DNA of 64,000 bases from Dehalococcoidia bacterium (GTDB lineage Bacteria > Chloroflexota > Dehalococcoidia > Lucifugimonadales > JADFKI01), in contig OZ241333.1 in NCBI GenBank assembly GCA_965200085.1, positions 547,704-611,703 on the forward strand, in the 5' to 3' direction. Position numbers and translations under genes: made by a program. Shown in pieces: positions 1 through 8,208 of this stretch; the stretch's first letter is position 1; every line of letters starts with the position of its first letter. The notes under the pieces were generated by a model, which saw nothing but the letters and a program-made list of their open reading frames with translations, was not told where the DNA came from and ran no database searches.

Positions 1-144
1 ACTCCTTTGACTGCATGCGGCTTCACAAACCTAAAGCCCGACACTGAATATGAGCTAGAAGTACGTTCAAAGAATTTCCACGGCGAGAGTGAACCTGTAC
101 TGTTCAGAGGTCGTACGAATTCTGAAGGAGGATTGGTTGTCTGA
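1..144 (+). CDS. 3' end of a fibronectin type III (FN3) domain protein; the 5' part lies outside the window
   Basis: Frame 1 is open from base 1 and reads TPLTACGFTNLKPDTEYELEVRSKNFHGESEPVLFRGRTNSEGGLVV, then TGA at 142-144. L-x-PDTEY-x-L-x-V-x-S-x-N..G-x-S-x-P is the typical C-terminal FN3 pattern. It is absent from the ORF track because it has no start in the window. Confidence 0.6.
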   Translation, partial: TPLTACGFTNLKPDTEYELEVRSKNFHGESEPVLFRGRTNSEGGLVV

Positions 145-310
145 CGTGCCGATCGTAATTGAAGGGAATTACGGTGATTCTCTTTACATATGGAATCTGT
201 TTTGCACTAATAAGAAACAGCAGCAACAGGATATAAGGTGGAGAATAAGCCGGATCATCCATATATTGTAATTTCACTTTGGATAGTAACCAATGATGCT
301 AGCTGAAAAG

Positions 311-627
311 TCATAGAGAGAATTGAGCGATAGAAAGTCGTACCCTATCTTGGTCATTGGTCTTTAAGCCATCCCACTGCACAAGAATGTTGAACGCAGC
401 CATCAGACAAGCAAGCCTAGTCTTGATGGTAGTCCTAGACCTATGACGCATCCTCTTCATATGACATACCACCGTCAGTATCGACAGCACAGTCTCCACC
501 TTAATCCCCTCGTTCCACTCACCTCTGCAACAGAGCTTGAAGTTGGAACAATCCCCATTAGCTCTGTGGAAGCCCATATCTCCCAGAACTATCATTTGAT
601 CCTCGAACCGTTCAAGAAGAAGTCGCA
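311..627 (-). pseudogene. C-terminal fragment of a DDE transposase (IS4/IS5-superfamily-like), cut off by the IS1-type element
   Basis: The C-terminal part of track ORF 311..793 reads ...ERFEDQMIVLGDMGFH...RGEWNEGIKVETVLSILTVVCHMKRMRHR...AAFNILVQW...RLSIAQFSL. This is a typical transposase C-terminus from motif recall. The N-terminal about 55 aa of that ORF are antisense to insA and are not real. Confidence 0.55.
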
Positions 628-639
628 GGTGAGGAGTGA

Positions 640-915
640 ATGGCACGAGCACGAACTTACAGTCAAGATGTACACTGTCCCCACTGTGGCTCCGACTGGA
701 TGCGCAAGAACGGACACTCACGCGGCAAGCAGGTCTATAGCTGCGGAAACTGCAAACGGCGTCATATACCGGATGCAGCATACCGCCGTCCAAACGAAGC
801 GCTCAAAGCGCTGGCAATTGAAATGTATGCAGAAGGCAGCAGTCTGAATGCAATAGGCAGGATACTGGGATACAGCGCCACAGCAGTACAGGGGTGGATT
901 AAAAAAGGGGCGTAA
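640..915 (+). CDS. insA: IS1 InsA-like protein (zinc finger plus HTH), 91 aa
   Basis: It has CPHCGS...CGNCKRRH zinc-finger cysteines followed by the HTH SLNAIGRILGYSATAVQGWIKK. The length matches IS1 InsA. It ends just after an A6G4 run at 901-910. Confidence 0.75.
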   Translation: MARARTYSQDVHCPHCGSDWMRKNGHSRGKQVYSCGNCKRRHIPDAAYRRPNEALKALAIEMYAEGSSLNAIGRILGYSATAVQGWIKKGA

Positions 916-983
916 CGTGTTGAGCAATCTGCGTAAGATGGTTAAGGGAAGGAGTGAGTCAATATGGGTGGTAAAGACGGCAG

Positions 984-1400
984 GTGGTGTCATTCGATGA
1001 GATGTGGACTTATGTGGGAGCTAGGCGTGGTGAGAAGCGCAAAGTGGTATGGATATGGACAGCGGTAGTAGAGGAAGAGGATGGAAGCAGGTGGATGGAC
1101 TATGAGGTGGGCGGTAGAGACGAGAGTACGTTCTTAAAGCTGTATGAGAGGTTGCCGGAAGCTGAAGTGTACAGGAGTGATGACTACAATGTGTACAAGT
1201 GGCTGTCTGCAAACAGGCACAAGGTGGGTAAGGGAAGTGAGGTGAACAGGAATGAGGGTCTGCACTCAGTGTTGAGGGGTAAGTTAAACAGATTGGTGAG
1301 GGAGACTAAGGGATACTCAAAGAGAGTAGAGATGCTGGACTATTCATTGGCGCTGGTGTTTTGGAAGCGGTGGTTAAAATACCATATCACTCCAAGTTAA
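984..1400 (+). CDS. insB: IS1 InsB-like DDE catalytic region
   Basis: VVSFDEMWTYVG...VWIWTAV...YRSDDYNVYKW...NEGLHSVLRGKLNRLVRETKGYSK matches the IS1 InsB layout (DEMW, D..Y, N-x-G-x-H...R). The frame is open only from 975. See the finding on frame connectivity. Confidence 0.7.
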   Translation: MVSFDEMWTYVGARRGEKRKVVWIWTAVVEEEDGSRWMDYEVGGRDESTFLKLYERLPEAEVYRSDDYNVYKWLSANRHKVGKGSEVNRNEGLHSVLRGKLNRLVRETKGYSKRVEMLDYSLALVFWKRWLKYHITPS

Positions 1401-1430
1401 TAACACCTTTGTTAAAGATAGCGTTTCCAC

Positions 1431-2120
1431 CTAGGTGGTTGAAGATAAGATGCCTCGCATCTGAAGCAGCACCAACAGATTGTGCTCACTCCAGCCTGTT
1501 CCCATTCGCTCCCTCCTCCTCAACTCCCTATGATGACGTTCCAACCTAGATGTTGTCTTGTATTCGCCATATCCACTTCTCAGATACGCTAATCCCTGCT
1601 TTATCGCCTTCACACCAGTAGCTTGCTCTGCCTCTCGTCAACTCCCTCCCTAACTTCCGCGCTTGCGTTACACTTTCAGCATTAAGCAGCTCTTTCGCCA
1701 GACCAAACCCTAACTTTCCTATGTTCCTCCGGTACTCCCTCAACAGATGAAACTGACACAACTGATGACTCACTACTCTTCCATACACCATACTCACTGC
1801 CGATCCTATCGACCTAAGTTGCCAGTCTCATCGCCTCTTCTCGCGTTTTTTGAGTACCGTTTCCCTCGATCCACACTCCCTATCAGCTCCATCCCGCTCC
1901 CCATATCTCCACAGTGAGTGCAGCGAAACACAGGCACTCTCAATCTGAGCTCCCCGTACTTTGAGACTATAAGTCTGCTGTATGAGTGATGGCGAGCCAT
2001 TGCTATGTTGCAGGATTCACACATTACTTTGTAGAGATCAAGCGCTGACTGCAGCGCTTCTTGCATCTGGCTTGTGATTGTTCTATCTGCTGCTTCTTCC
2101 AACCGGTACAGCATTCCCAT
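1431..2120 (-). pseudogene. Fragmented, internally deleted transposase, tentatively IS256/Mutator-like
   Basis: There are three consecutive minus-strand pieces. Piece 1806..2120 has RLIVSKYGELRLRVPVFRCTHCG. Piece 1546..1797 has QLCQFHLLREYRRN. Piece 1431..1613 has TSRLERHHRELRRRER..W, a typical transposase C-terminus. The pieces are in different frames and total about 250 aa, too short for an intact enzyme. Confidence 0.5.
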
Positions 2121-2181
2121 CGCAACACCTCTACTAGAGTTTATTGCACATATTAGACTTTTATCCACCTGATTGGAAACG

Positions 2182-3864
2182 CTATCTTGGAACTGCGGTT
2201 GGCTCTCTCGTAGGAATTGCTGTTGGTTCAACCGTCGGCGCAGCTGTGGGCTCAGGTTCCGGCGCTGCTGTCGGCGTTGCAGTCGGATCGCCATCGCACG
2301 CAGTATCGTTCGTTACACCAGTGAGGTCGTCTTCGCTCACACGTATCCGCAGCATCAGCAGGTCGCCAGACTGCCACGGCTGCTCGCACACCTTCCAGAT
2401 CATCGTTCGAGTGCTGCCTTCATCGCTCACAGACGCATCATCAAAATCCAGACGCAGGCTCACAGAGCCGTCCAGCGCGATGAAGTCTATGTGGTGGTTT
2501 GCGAGCGCAGGCGTATCACTTATAGCTATGGATACTGCGTTATCTTGCCAGTCTATTCGCTCTATCGTAGTAGCATCGTCGCTGCCGTTCACGGAGAACG
2601 CTGCTGGCTTCAGCACACCGTTCACACTGTCAGCGCCCACGACATCTCCTCCAAGTGACACCGGATCAAAGAACGCCTCGTGCAGTGTGCCAGCAGGAGC
2701 GGTTACCATTATGTTCCAGTGCGAATGGGGCTCTTCAGGAACATAATTACACGGGAACCACTCATACAGTTCATTGTGCCAGCTCACGCTGTAGCTGCCC
2801 TGCGCCACGGGACGCTTCGTGCGTGTTACGAACTCGTAACCTGTCTTTGGGTCGTTGTCCTCATCCTCGGTCACTATCTCGAACAGATGCGCATCTTTCC
2901 CTGATAGATAGTCCCTGTCGTATTCTTCGCCGTGGGCACTGCCCTTGCTGATTACGTTTTCGTCTCTGAGTCTGACAGGGCTTCCTGCCGGCAGCCCCGA
3001 TGCAACCGCATCCTCTCTGGTAGATACGCCCGGACGGTTTACTCTGCTGAAGTGGAACTTTGACAGTATGCACTCCTCAAAGCCCTCTATGTGAGCGTTG
3101 TCCTTCAGAAGCTTGTCCATAGCCTTGATCCTGTCTTTCAGCTCAGACAGCGACACTGATGCGCCGCTCGAAGCCGTGTCAAACCTTGTGTCAGGCGAGT
3201 TGTGCGGCGCATCACCCAGAAGGTAGCTTTTCATACCGTCCGCAGACTGTATCTCCGGAGCTGAGGATGAGGGCAGCCAAACCCTGTTGACATCGCTCTC
3301 AATTGAGTAATGCCTAGATGCGTAACTGTACCACCGCTCTTTAGGCAAGAAATTGAAATGGTTAGACCTCGTCAGACCTTCCCGATCTTTCAGCCTTGCA
3401 AGGTCTTCAGAGTCAATCCTCTTCAGAAAGATAATGGACTCCCTTTCCTCCCACCAGCGCTCTGCCGGATCGTGATAACCGTCTGCACCAGTAATCCAGT
3501 TCTGCGCGACAGAAAGCACTTTCTGCTCATCAAATCGTACATCATAGGTGCGACCAAGCAGCACATCGGCAAACAGCACATCAGCACCCTCGCCCTTCAA
3601 GTACTCGTGCACCTCAAACCTAAACCTGACTATATCGTCAAAAATAGGACCTAAGTCGGTCTCCGACTTGCTAACATCGGCAGACGCCGATAGCATCGTT
3701 GCGCGTGCGATGACATCGGCGCGCAACACACGTTCGTCCAGCGTGATAAAGCCGCTATATATATGAGCCAGCTGCTGGTGCCTGTACCGGTACTTCTGTT
3801 TCAGACCGGGATATTTCGATATTTCCATCTGTACATGCAAGCGTAGCCGCAGCGAGCAGCACAA
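2182..3864 (-). CDS. Large secreted or surface hypothetical protein with a C-terminal Pro/Thr-rich linker; the 5' end is probably frameshifted
   Basis: This is a 560-aa ORF with no domain I recognise. It ends in the linker GDPTATPTAAPEPEPTAAPTVEPTAIPTREPTAVPR directly against the transposase fragments, suggesting 3' truncation. The signal peptide is in another frame upstream (3755..3913). Confidence 0.6.
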   Translation of the reverse strand: MCCSLRLRLHVQMEISKYPGLKQKYRYRHQQLAHIYSGFITLDERVLRADVIARATMLSASADVSKSETDLGPIFDDIVRFRFEVHEYLKGEGADVLFADVLLGRTYDVRFDEQKVLSVAQNWITGADGYHDPAERWWEERESIIFLKRIDSEDLARLKDREGLTRSNHFNFLPKERWYSYASRHYSIESDVNRVWLPSSSAPEIQSADGMKSYLLGDAPHNSPDTRFDTASSGASVSLSELKDRIKAMDKLLKDNAHIEGFEECILSKFHFSRVNRPGVSTREDAVASGLPAGSPVRLRDENVISKGSAHGEEYDRDYLSGKDAHLFEIVTEDEDNDPKTGYEFVTRTKRPVAQGSYSVSWHNELYEWFPCNYVPEEPHSHWNIMVTAPAGTLHEAFFDPVSLGGDVVGADSVNGVLKPAAFSVNGSDDATTIERIDWQDNAVSIAISDTPALANHHIDFIALDGSVSLRLDFDDASVSDEGSTRTMIWKVCEQPWQSGDLLMLRIRVSEDDLTGVTNDTACDGDPTATPTAAPEPEPTAAPTVEPTAIPTREPTAVPR

Positions 3865-3913
3865 ACAACAGAAGATTCACTAGATTTCGTACAACTTCAA
3901 GCACATATGCCAT
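3755..3913 (-). CDS. Short ORF encoding a signal peptide with a lipobox-like end; likely the original 5' end of the 2182..3864 gene
   Basis: Hand translation from ATG at 3913 gives MAYVLEVVRNLVNLLLFVLLAAATLACTDGNIEISRSETEVPVQAPAAGSYI*. It is in a different frame from the 560-aa body, and the frames meet at the tatatatat run at 3756-3764. Confidence 0.5.
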   Translation of the reverse strand: MAYVLEVVRNLVNLLLFVLLAAATLACTDGNIEISRSETEVPVQAPAAGSYI

Positions 3914-3934
3914 CTCATATTCCTCTGCTTAACT

Positions 3935-5404
3935 TCAGTGTGAATGCGAGCTGCTTGGATAGACCTGCTTCATCGCATCTATATCTCGCGTTTTAGGATT
4001 AGTTACAGCATCCTGACCTAGTTGGGCTTCGAAATGCATCAGGTTATCACTGTCAGGGTCGTGTCCTAAGCCAGCAACATGCCCAAACTCATGCGCCATC
4101 ACACCCGGTAGGGAAAAATGGTCAGGTTTAACATTAGGATCATCGTCCCAATTATAGGAATCATTCTGCAGGTCATCGTAGTACATATGCTGATATGTGA
4201 TGTGTGGGCTGGTGGTGGAATCGTACCAACTGTTCACACAGGCTAAAGCAGGGGTGCCACAAGGGTTTTTATTACTGTTAGCTCCTAAATTGGGATCAAA
4301 CAGGTATTTAGTATATTCCCATTGCTACGGCCATTATTACAAATACCAATAATAGTATTGTCGTCTTTCACCACTCGAAGCCTATTGGAAGGCATCACGC
4401 TGTTCCACTTGTCTGCGCCACTGTCTATGGAAGCTTCGTAGTCAAATCCGGCAGGATGCGAAGGCGGGCTGCCGCATATAAGATACGAAATACGCTTATC
4501 GTGATGGTGCGGTGCGCGAGGAATAGTCAGGGGCGCAAATGTGTTTGGCTGATATTCATTATCGAGGGTCGTTGTAATGGTCAGTTCCGAACTTCCATCG
4601 CCAAGCCTGCAGCGCACCAAGTTGAACTCTACTGATATAGATCCGCCGGTGCTGGTTATGGATTTAGACCTTGTCCTTTGGGACGGCGGCGGCTGAGAGT
4701 AGTTGCACCAAGCGTCTGAGGATGCCGCTATGTCCATTCCTGAGTTGGAAGGCACACTCAGCGTGAACTTATAAACCCCTTTTGATGTGTTAGTTGATGA
4801 TACTTTGACCGTAATTGTCTGCAGAACTGGGAAATAGTTATAGATTGATAAGTTTGATGCATTATCTAGCGCCTTGCCATCTACATGAGTAACTTGCACA
4901 CTGATTGGAAAAGGCGTGGCGTGGCTGTTGGTGTAGGTGTGGATGTTGGCAGAATAGTGGTCACATGAGCTGTCCAGGCAGAATAGGAAAGACCATTTTT
5001 ACTTCTTATTCTGTGATAGTAGGTATTACCATTCGTAAGATCACCTACTACTGCTTCTGTTGCGTCGGTGAAGGTTATCGTGTAGTTGCTGTTTCCTTCG
5101 GAGAACGGCAGTATATTCCAATCAGCTTTATTGTTGGGACATATCGATGCCTTGCCGCACCACTGCTGCACATCGTAGCCGGTGGCATTTGTGACACATC
5201 GTTCCAGTCAAGGGATATACTTCCGTTGCCTGCTGTGCCAGTCAAACCCGTAGGGATTGTCAGTGATGGAGGTGTTGGGGTATGCGTGGCAGTAGGATTA
5301 GTGGGCCAGCTAGGTGTAGGTGTGGCAGTAGGGGTAGGAGGTATCGGTCCGTAAACTGTAGGAGTGGGAGTAGGTGTATGAGTGGGTGTACGAGTAGGCA
5401 GCAT
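3935..5404 (-). pseudogene. Degraded secreted FN3-domain metzincin (M10/matrixin-like) protease gene, split over four frames
   Basis: Pieces 5404..5075, 5171..4881, 4899..4285 and 4237..3935 read through one another. The FN3 domain is split (GNGSISLDWNDV | TNATGYDVQQW...NGNTYYHRIRSKNGLSYSAW). It contains PT linkers and the zinc site HEFGHVAGLGHDPDSDNLM (HExxHxxGxxH plus Met-turn). It starts inside a PT linker next to an IS remnant, so the 5' end is also missing. Confidence 0.65.
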
Positions 5405-5420
5405 TGTACCTATTGTGTAC

Positions 5421-5688
5421 TTAACCCGATGTGCGAGTTAGATACTCTCCGACTATCTCCATCGTCAGAACCTCGCTGCCTGCGAGCGTGGGCATAGGTT
5501 CCCTTTGCCTGATGCGTCTGCTTCCTAAAAGTTCTTTCAAAGTATCGTCAATTGTGCAAAAAGTGGTTATGATGAAATCGTCCAGGTTCATAGTGTCCTC
5601 CTTGGAGTTTGGTTCAACCCCATTAAAGACTCTGGGACCTGGACTTTCAACTATCACTGTCTTTTATATTTAACCTGCACATCGGGTT
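5421..5688 (-). mobile_element. Internally deleted IS remnant (MITE-like, 268 bp) keeping both terminal inverted repeats and a transposase N-terminal stub
   Basis: The left end is TTAACCCGATGTGCGAGTTAGATAC (5421-5445). The reverse complement of the right end is TTAACCCGATGTGCAGGTTAAATAT (5688-5664). The first 14 nt are identical and about 21 of 25 match. Inside is MNLDDFIITTFCTIDDTLKELLG..RIRQR.P.PTLAGSEVLTMEIVGEYL, a typical IS982/IS4-superfamily transposase N-terminus. Confidence 0.6.
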
Positions 5689-5745
5689 AAATATAAATAG
5701 AACTACAACTTCATCATCCAGATGCCCTATTTCCCGCTTCAGCGG

Positions 5746-5943
5746 CTACTGCTCTATACCCTTCGATGCTTTCCTTTCTCGCAGATAATTGTTTGCATAG
5801 ACTATTACAAGAGTTAATAACTCCGACACGATTAAAACATTCACTCCAATAAGGAGCGTTTCTGTTGTGATTCTTACTGCTGTTTCCATATTTACAGTAG
5901 GCTGTCCTACGATTTGCGACACCCAGAAGTAGCCGATCGGCAA
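5746..5943 (-). CDS. Possible small two-TM membrane protein (weak call)
   Basis: The frame reads ...WGAFLALFGLPIGYFWVSQIVG...LLIGVNVLIVSELLTLVIVYA. The only start in frame is a TTG. It competes with overlapping ORF 5714..5974. Confidence 0.3.
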   Translation of the reverse strand: MPIGYFWVSQIVGQPTVNMETAVRITTETLLIGVNVLIVSELLTLVIVYANNYLRERKASKGIEQ

Positions 5944-5996
5944 TCCAAATAAGGCGAGAAACGCACCCCATCATGAGGGCTTCTTCATCGACAGTT

Positions 5997-6161
5997 TTAC
6001 CCCCCTACATTAATCCTCTTTCTGTTCTCTTCTTTTTGCGAATCGTCGGAACTTGCCGCTATGCGATATATGTTCATGGCGATAAAAACCGCAGTTACTA
6101 ATCCCACCAAGATAATTATCAGTTTGGTAATCAAGGGTAAATCATTGATTATTTCACTCAT
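5997..6161 (-). CDS. Small single-TM membrane protein (54 aa), not in the ORF track
   Basis: Hand translation gives MSEIINDLPLITKLIIILVGLVTAVFIAMNIYRIAASSDDSQKEENRKRINVGG*. A strong Shine-Dalgarno AAGGAG sits 7-8 nt upstream of the ATG at 6161. Confidence 0.45.
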   Translation of the reverse strand: MSEIINDLPLITKLIIILVGLVTAVFIAMNIYRIAASSDDSQKEENRKRINVGG

Positions 6162-6213
6162 GTACGGTTCTCCTTATGGGGTCATTTCCATTCCAATTTT
6201 CAACACCTCCGTG

Positions 6214-6717
6214 TTATTTGAACGAGCCGGTCCGGAACACATCGAAGTCTTCGTCCCAGACCTCAATATACATTTCGGTCGTCCCCAGTATGTCTGTGGA
6301 GAGCTTGCCGATTAGGGGCGAAAGGTACTTTGATACATAGATCGCATCCTGTCGCTCCTCTATGCTTATGTTGAGCACAGGCTCGTCCATAAAGAGCGTC
6401 ATTGGGCACGCACCTTTCAGCCGGTCTTCAGTCTTGCTATTTATGCTATTTCGAGCTTCTCGCAGTATCAGCAGCCATAGCAGCGCAGGCACCGGATCGG
6501 CTCCGTCTGAGGTCAGCCTAATCCACTCCTCGCCAAACTCAACGCTCTCTTTTTCTCTCGGCTCAAGCCTCTCTTTCAGTTCAGGAGAGTGCGTGTAGCT
6601 TAAAGATCGAGTAAGAAACTCGGTTATCTCCGGGTAGTCGGCAATGTCAAGACCTGTAAATTCATAAAGACGCTCACCGATGCTTTCCTCAAATCTCTGC
6701 GATATTTCGATACCCAC
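6214..6717 (-). CDS. Hypothetical protein (167 aa) of the mobile-element-like module
   Basis: It is a long ORF in an AT-richer stretch, downstream of and co-directional with the replication-like gene. I recognise no motif. It has a GTG start, and its frame stays open about 95 nt further upstream. Confidence 0.5.
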   Translation of the reverse strand: MGIEISQRFEESIGERLYEFTGLDIADYPEITEFLTRSLSYTHSPELKERLEPREKESVEFGEEWIRLTSDGADPVPALLWLLILREARNSINSKTEDRLKGACPMTLFMDEPVLNISIEERQDAIYVSKYLSPLIGKLSTDILGTTEMYIEVWDEDFDVFRTGSFK

Positions 6718-6833
6718 GAGAAGATGCCAAGCGGTATTCGGTACACCGTATTTCCGGGGTCTGCTTCTGGAGCCAGTCCCTTTTCTTGCATCTGCTTGTA
6801 TGCCAGCGTGTCTGTTTCAATCCTGTTAGTCAT
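6624..6833 (-). CDS. Short hypothetical ORF translationally coupled to the upstream gene; possibly the frameshifted 5' end of 6214..6717
   Basis: Its ATG overlaps the stop of 6830..7954 as ATGA (plus-strand tcat at 6830-6833). It overlaps 6214..6717 by 94 nt in another frame. Confidence 0.3.
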   Translation of the reverse strand: MTNRIETDTLAYKQMQEKGLAPEADPGNTVYRIPLGIFSWVSKYRRDLRKASVSVFMNLQVLTLPTTRR

Positions 6834-7954
6834 CGGTTATTAACTCTCCTTAGCATCTGCTTGCGCTCTGCCATGAGCCTATCAAGCTCGACTCGGTTTT
6901 CTGCAACCTTCGCGTTGCAGGTCTTGCAGTAATTGCTGTCCACTGCCTTCGCATGTTTCGGCTTTATCTCTAGGCAGCCTGAGCAATGGAAGTAGTCGCA
7001 GTCGCCGCAGAACCTGCCGTCGATAAGCGAGTACGACTTTGCGCCGCAGCTCTCGCAATAACCGGGGCTTGCCTTCTGCTGCTCCGTGAAGCCGTCCTGC
7101 ACACAGCGCCGTAGAACTGCCAGCGCGTAGCCGTGATAGCTCTTTTCAGAACTCTGAGCCTCGTTGAGTGCATAGGTTATAAAGTCTTCGGGTATTTCTG
7201 CGCCTTCGTTCTTCGCCATCCACTCTGCTTCGATCTCCTTCGCGTCTTGTCTCTGAATCCGCGAGAGCGGCGGGGCATCTTTCATCCTGCGAAGCTGTGC
7301 GTTGATCTGCTGAACTATCGTGGAGTCGGCGGCGACTGCGGCAGCCAAATCAGCCTGAGTTGGCGTGGTTTTTGCCGCTGTGTTCTGATTTTTGGCGGAA
7401 TTTCGCTGCTTCTTGCGCGCCGCACGGGATTTCTTGCGCTTCGGCTGCGCTGATTGACGGCTCGGGACGTGCTTATCCGCCGGCTTTTCTGTCGTCTGTT
7501 CTTTTTGAGCCTTTGCGGGCGGTTTGAATACCCTGCCGCGCCTCTCGGAAGTCCTGCCTGTGAGGTCTTCTACCTGCGCTTCAAGGACGCTGATGCGCTC
7601 CTTGAGTTCTCGAACCTCCCGGGTTTCCGACTTACTGTCGGAGACTGGAGATTCGGCTTCAGGCGGTGGTCTCTTCCTGCGGATACTGTCGGATTTCTTC
7701 TCGGCTATCTCACTGACATACAGCCTTTTCTTCTCTTTTGTGAAGATAACATCCAGACGCATCCGCCAACGTGTGCGCTGTGTGTACTGATTTCGGGCGG
7801 TATAGACCTTCTCTAAAAGGTCGAATTTGCCCAGCTCCGTCAGGTAATTCTGGAAGGTTCTGTAAGTCGTTCTGAGGTACGAATAGACTACGGATCTCAG
7901 GATGTAGAACTCACCGTTCTTTATCTGAAAGCCTGTATAACAGTCTATTACCAC
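6830..7954 (-). CDS. Replication-type protein: N-terminal wHTH-like region, basic/coiled middle, DnaD-like segment and C-terminal Cys-rich zinc ribbons; probably 5'-truncated
   Basis: YALNEAQSSEKSYHGYALAVLRRCVQDGF resembles the DnaD/phage replication-organiser C-terminal motif. It also has CESCG...CGDCDYFHCSGC...CKTC cysteine clusters. The frame is open upstream of the GTG at 7954 (..GLTAAQRDALS..) with no start codon and runs into the GH32 stub. Confidence 0.5.
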   Translation of the reverse strand: MVIDCYTGFQIKNGEFYILRSVVYSYLRTTYRTFQNYLTELGKFDLLEKVYTARNQYTQRTRWRMRLDVIFTKEKKRLYVSEIAEKKSDSIRRKRPPPEAESPVSDSKSETREVRELKERISVLEAQVEDLTGRTSERRGRVFKPPAKAQKEQTTEKPADKHVPSRQSAQPKRKKSRAARKKQRNSAKNQNTAAKTTPTQADLAAAVAADSTIVQQINAQLRRMKDAPPLSRIQRQDAKEIEAEWMAKNEGAEIPEDFITYALNEAQSSEKSYHGYALAVLRRCVQDGFTEQQKASPGYCESCGAKSYSLIDGRFCGDCDYFHCSGCLEIKPKHAKAVDSNYCKTCNAKVAENRVELDRLMAERKQMLRRVNNR

Positions 7955-7998
7955 GCTTAAGGCGTCTCGCTGCGCTGCGGTCAGCCCTGTCTGAAGTA

Positions 7999-8187
7999 TC
8001 AGCCGTTTGGATCGTTTATGACATTTTGCGGTGGAGAGAAATGGTACAGCGGGCGGTGCGGATCGGATACAAGACGGCGGCGCGCTGCTGCAAAGGCTTG
8101 CAGCATATCATCGGCGCTTAGGGCGTTGAGCTGATCTTCCAGTGTATCGGGGTATGTGGGACCTGACAGGGGCGAGTATGCTGTCAT
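7999..8187 (-). pseudogene. N-terminal stub (62 aa) of a glycoside hydrolase family 32 enzyme
   Basis: [21 protein letters not shown] matches the GH32 N-terminal catalytic motif (H-x-x-P-x-x-x-W-M-N-D-P-N-G). The ORF stops immediately after it and is followed by unrelated DNA. Confidence 0.6.
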
Positions 8188-8208
8188 TAGAAGATAGTCT
8201 CACTTGCT

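Larger units (their letters stand above)
628..1407 (+). mobile_element. IS1-family insertion sequence, about 780 bp (canonical IS1 is about 770 bp), probably inactive
   Basis: It contains InsA-like and InsB-like ORFs in the IS1 order. The ends both start with GGTG: left is GGTGAGGAGTGAATGG and the reverse complement of the right end is GGTGTTATTAACTTGGAGTGATATGG, sharing GGAGTGA-ATGG with a gap. Flanking 9-mers differ (gaagtcgca vs tttgttaaa), so no target duplication is seen. Boundaries are approximate. Confidence 0.65.

Noticed and set aside
901-923. Standard IS1 programmed -1 frameshift at the A6G4 run producing an InsAB' transposase.
   Set aside because: Hand translation shows stops in the -1 frame at 900-902 and 921-923, so the simple model does not work for this copy. 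This is reported as a finding instead.
311-5688. The transposase C-terminal fragment (311-627) and the N-terminal stub (5424-5591) are both on the minus strand and could be two halves of one IS split by a 4.8-kb insertion.
   Set aside because: The N-terminal stub is enclosed by its own pair of terminal inverted repeats (5421-5445 and 5664-5688). The fragment at 311-627 shows no matching terminus nearby, so they are better treated as separate remnants.
5746-5975. A second possible in-frame TGA recoding: ATG AAG AAG CCC TCA TGA TGG GGT... would read MKKPS-TGA-WGAFLALFGL... into the small two-TM ORF.
   Set aside because: There is no conserved family context, no redox motif and no hairpin seen, and the upstream piece is only five codons. 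A TTG start or a non-coding status is simpler.
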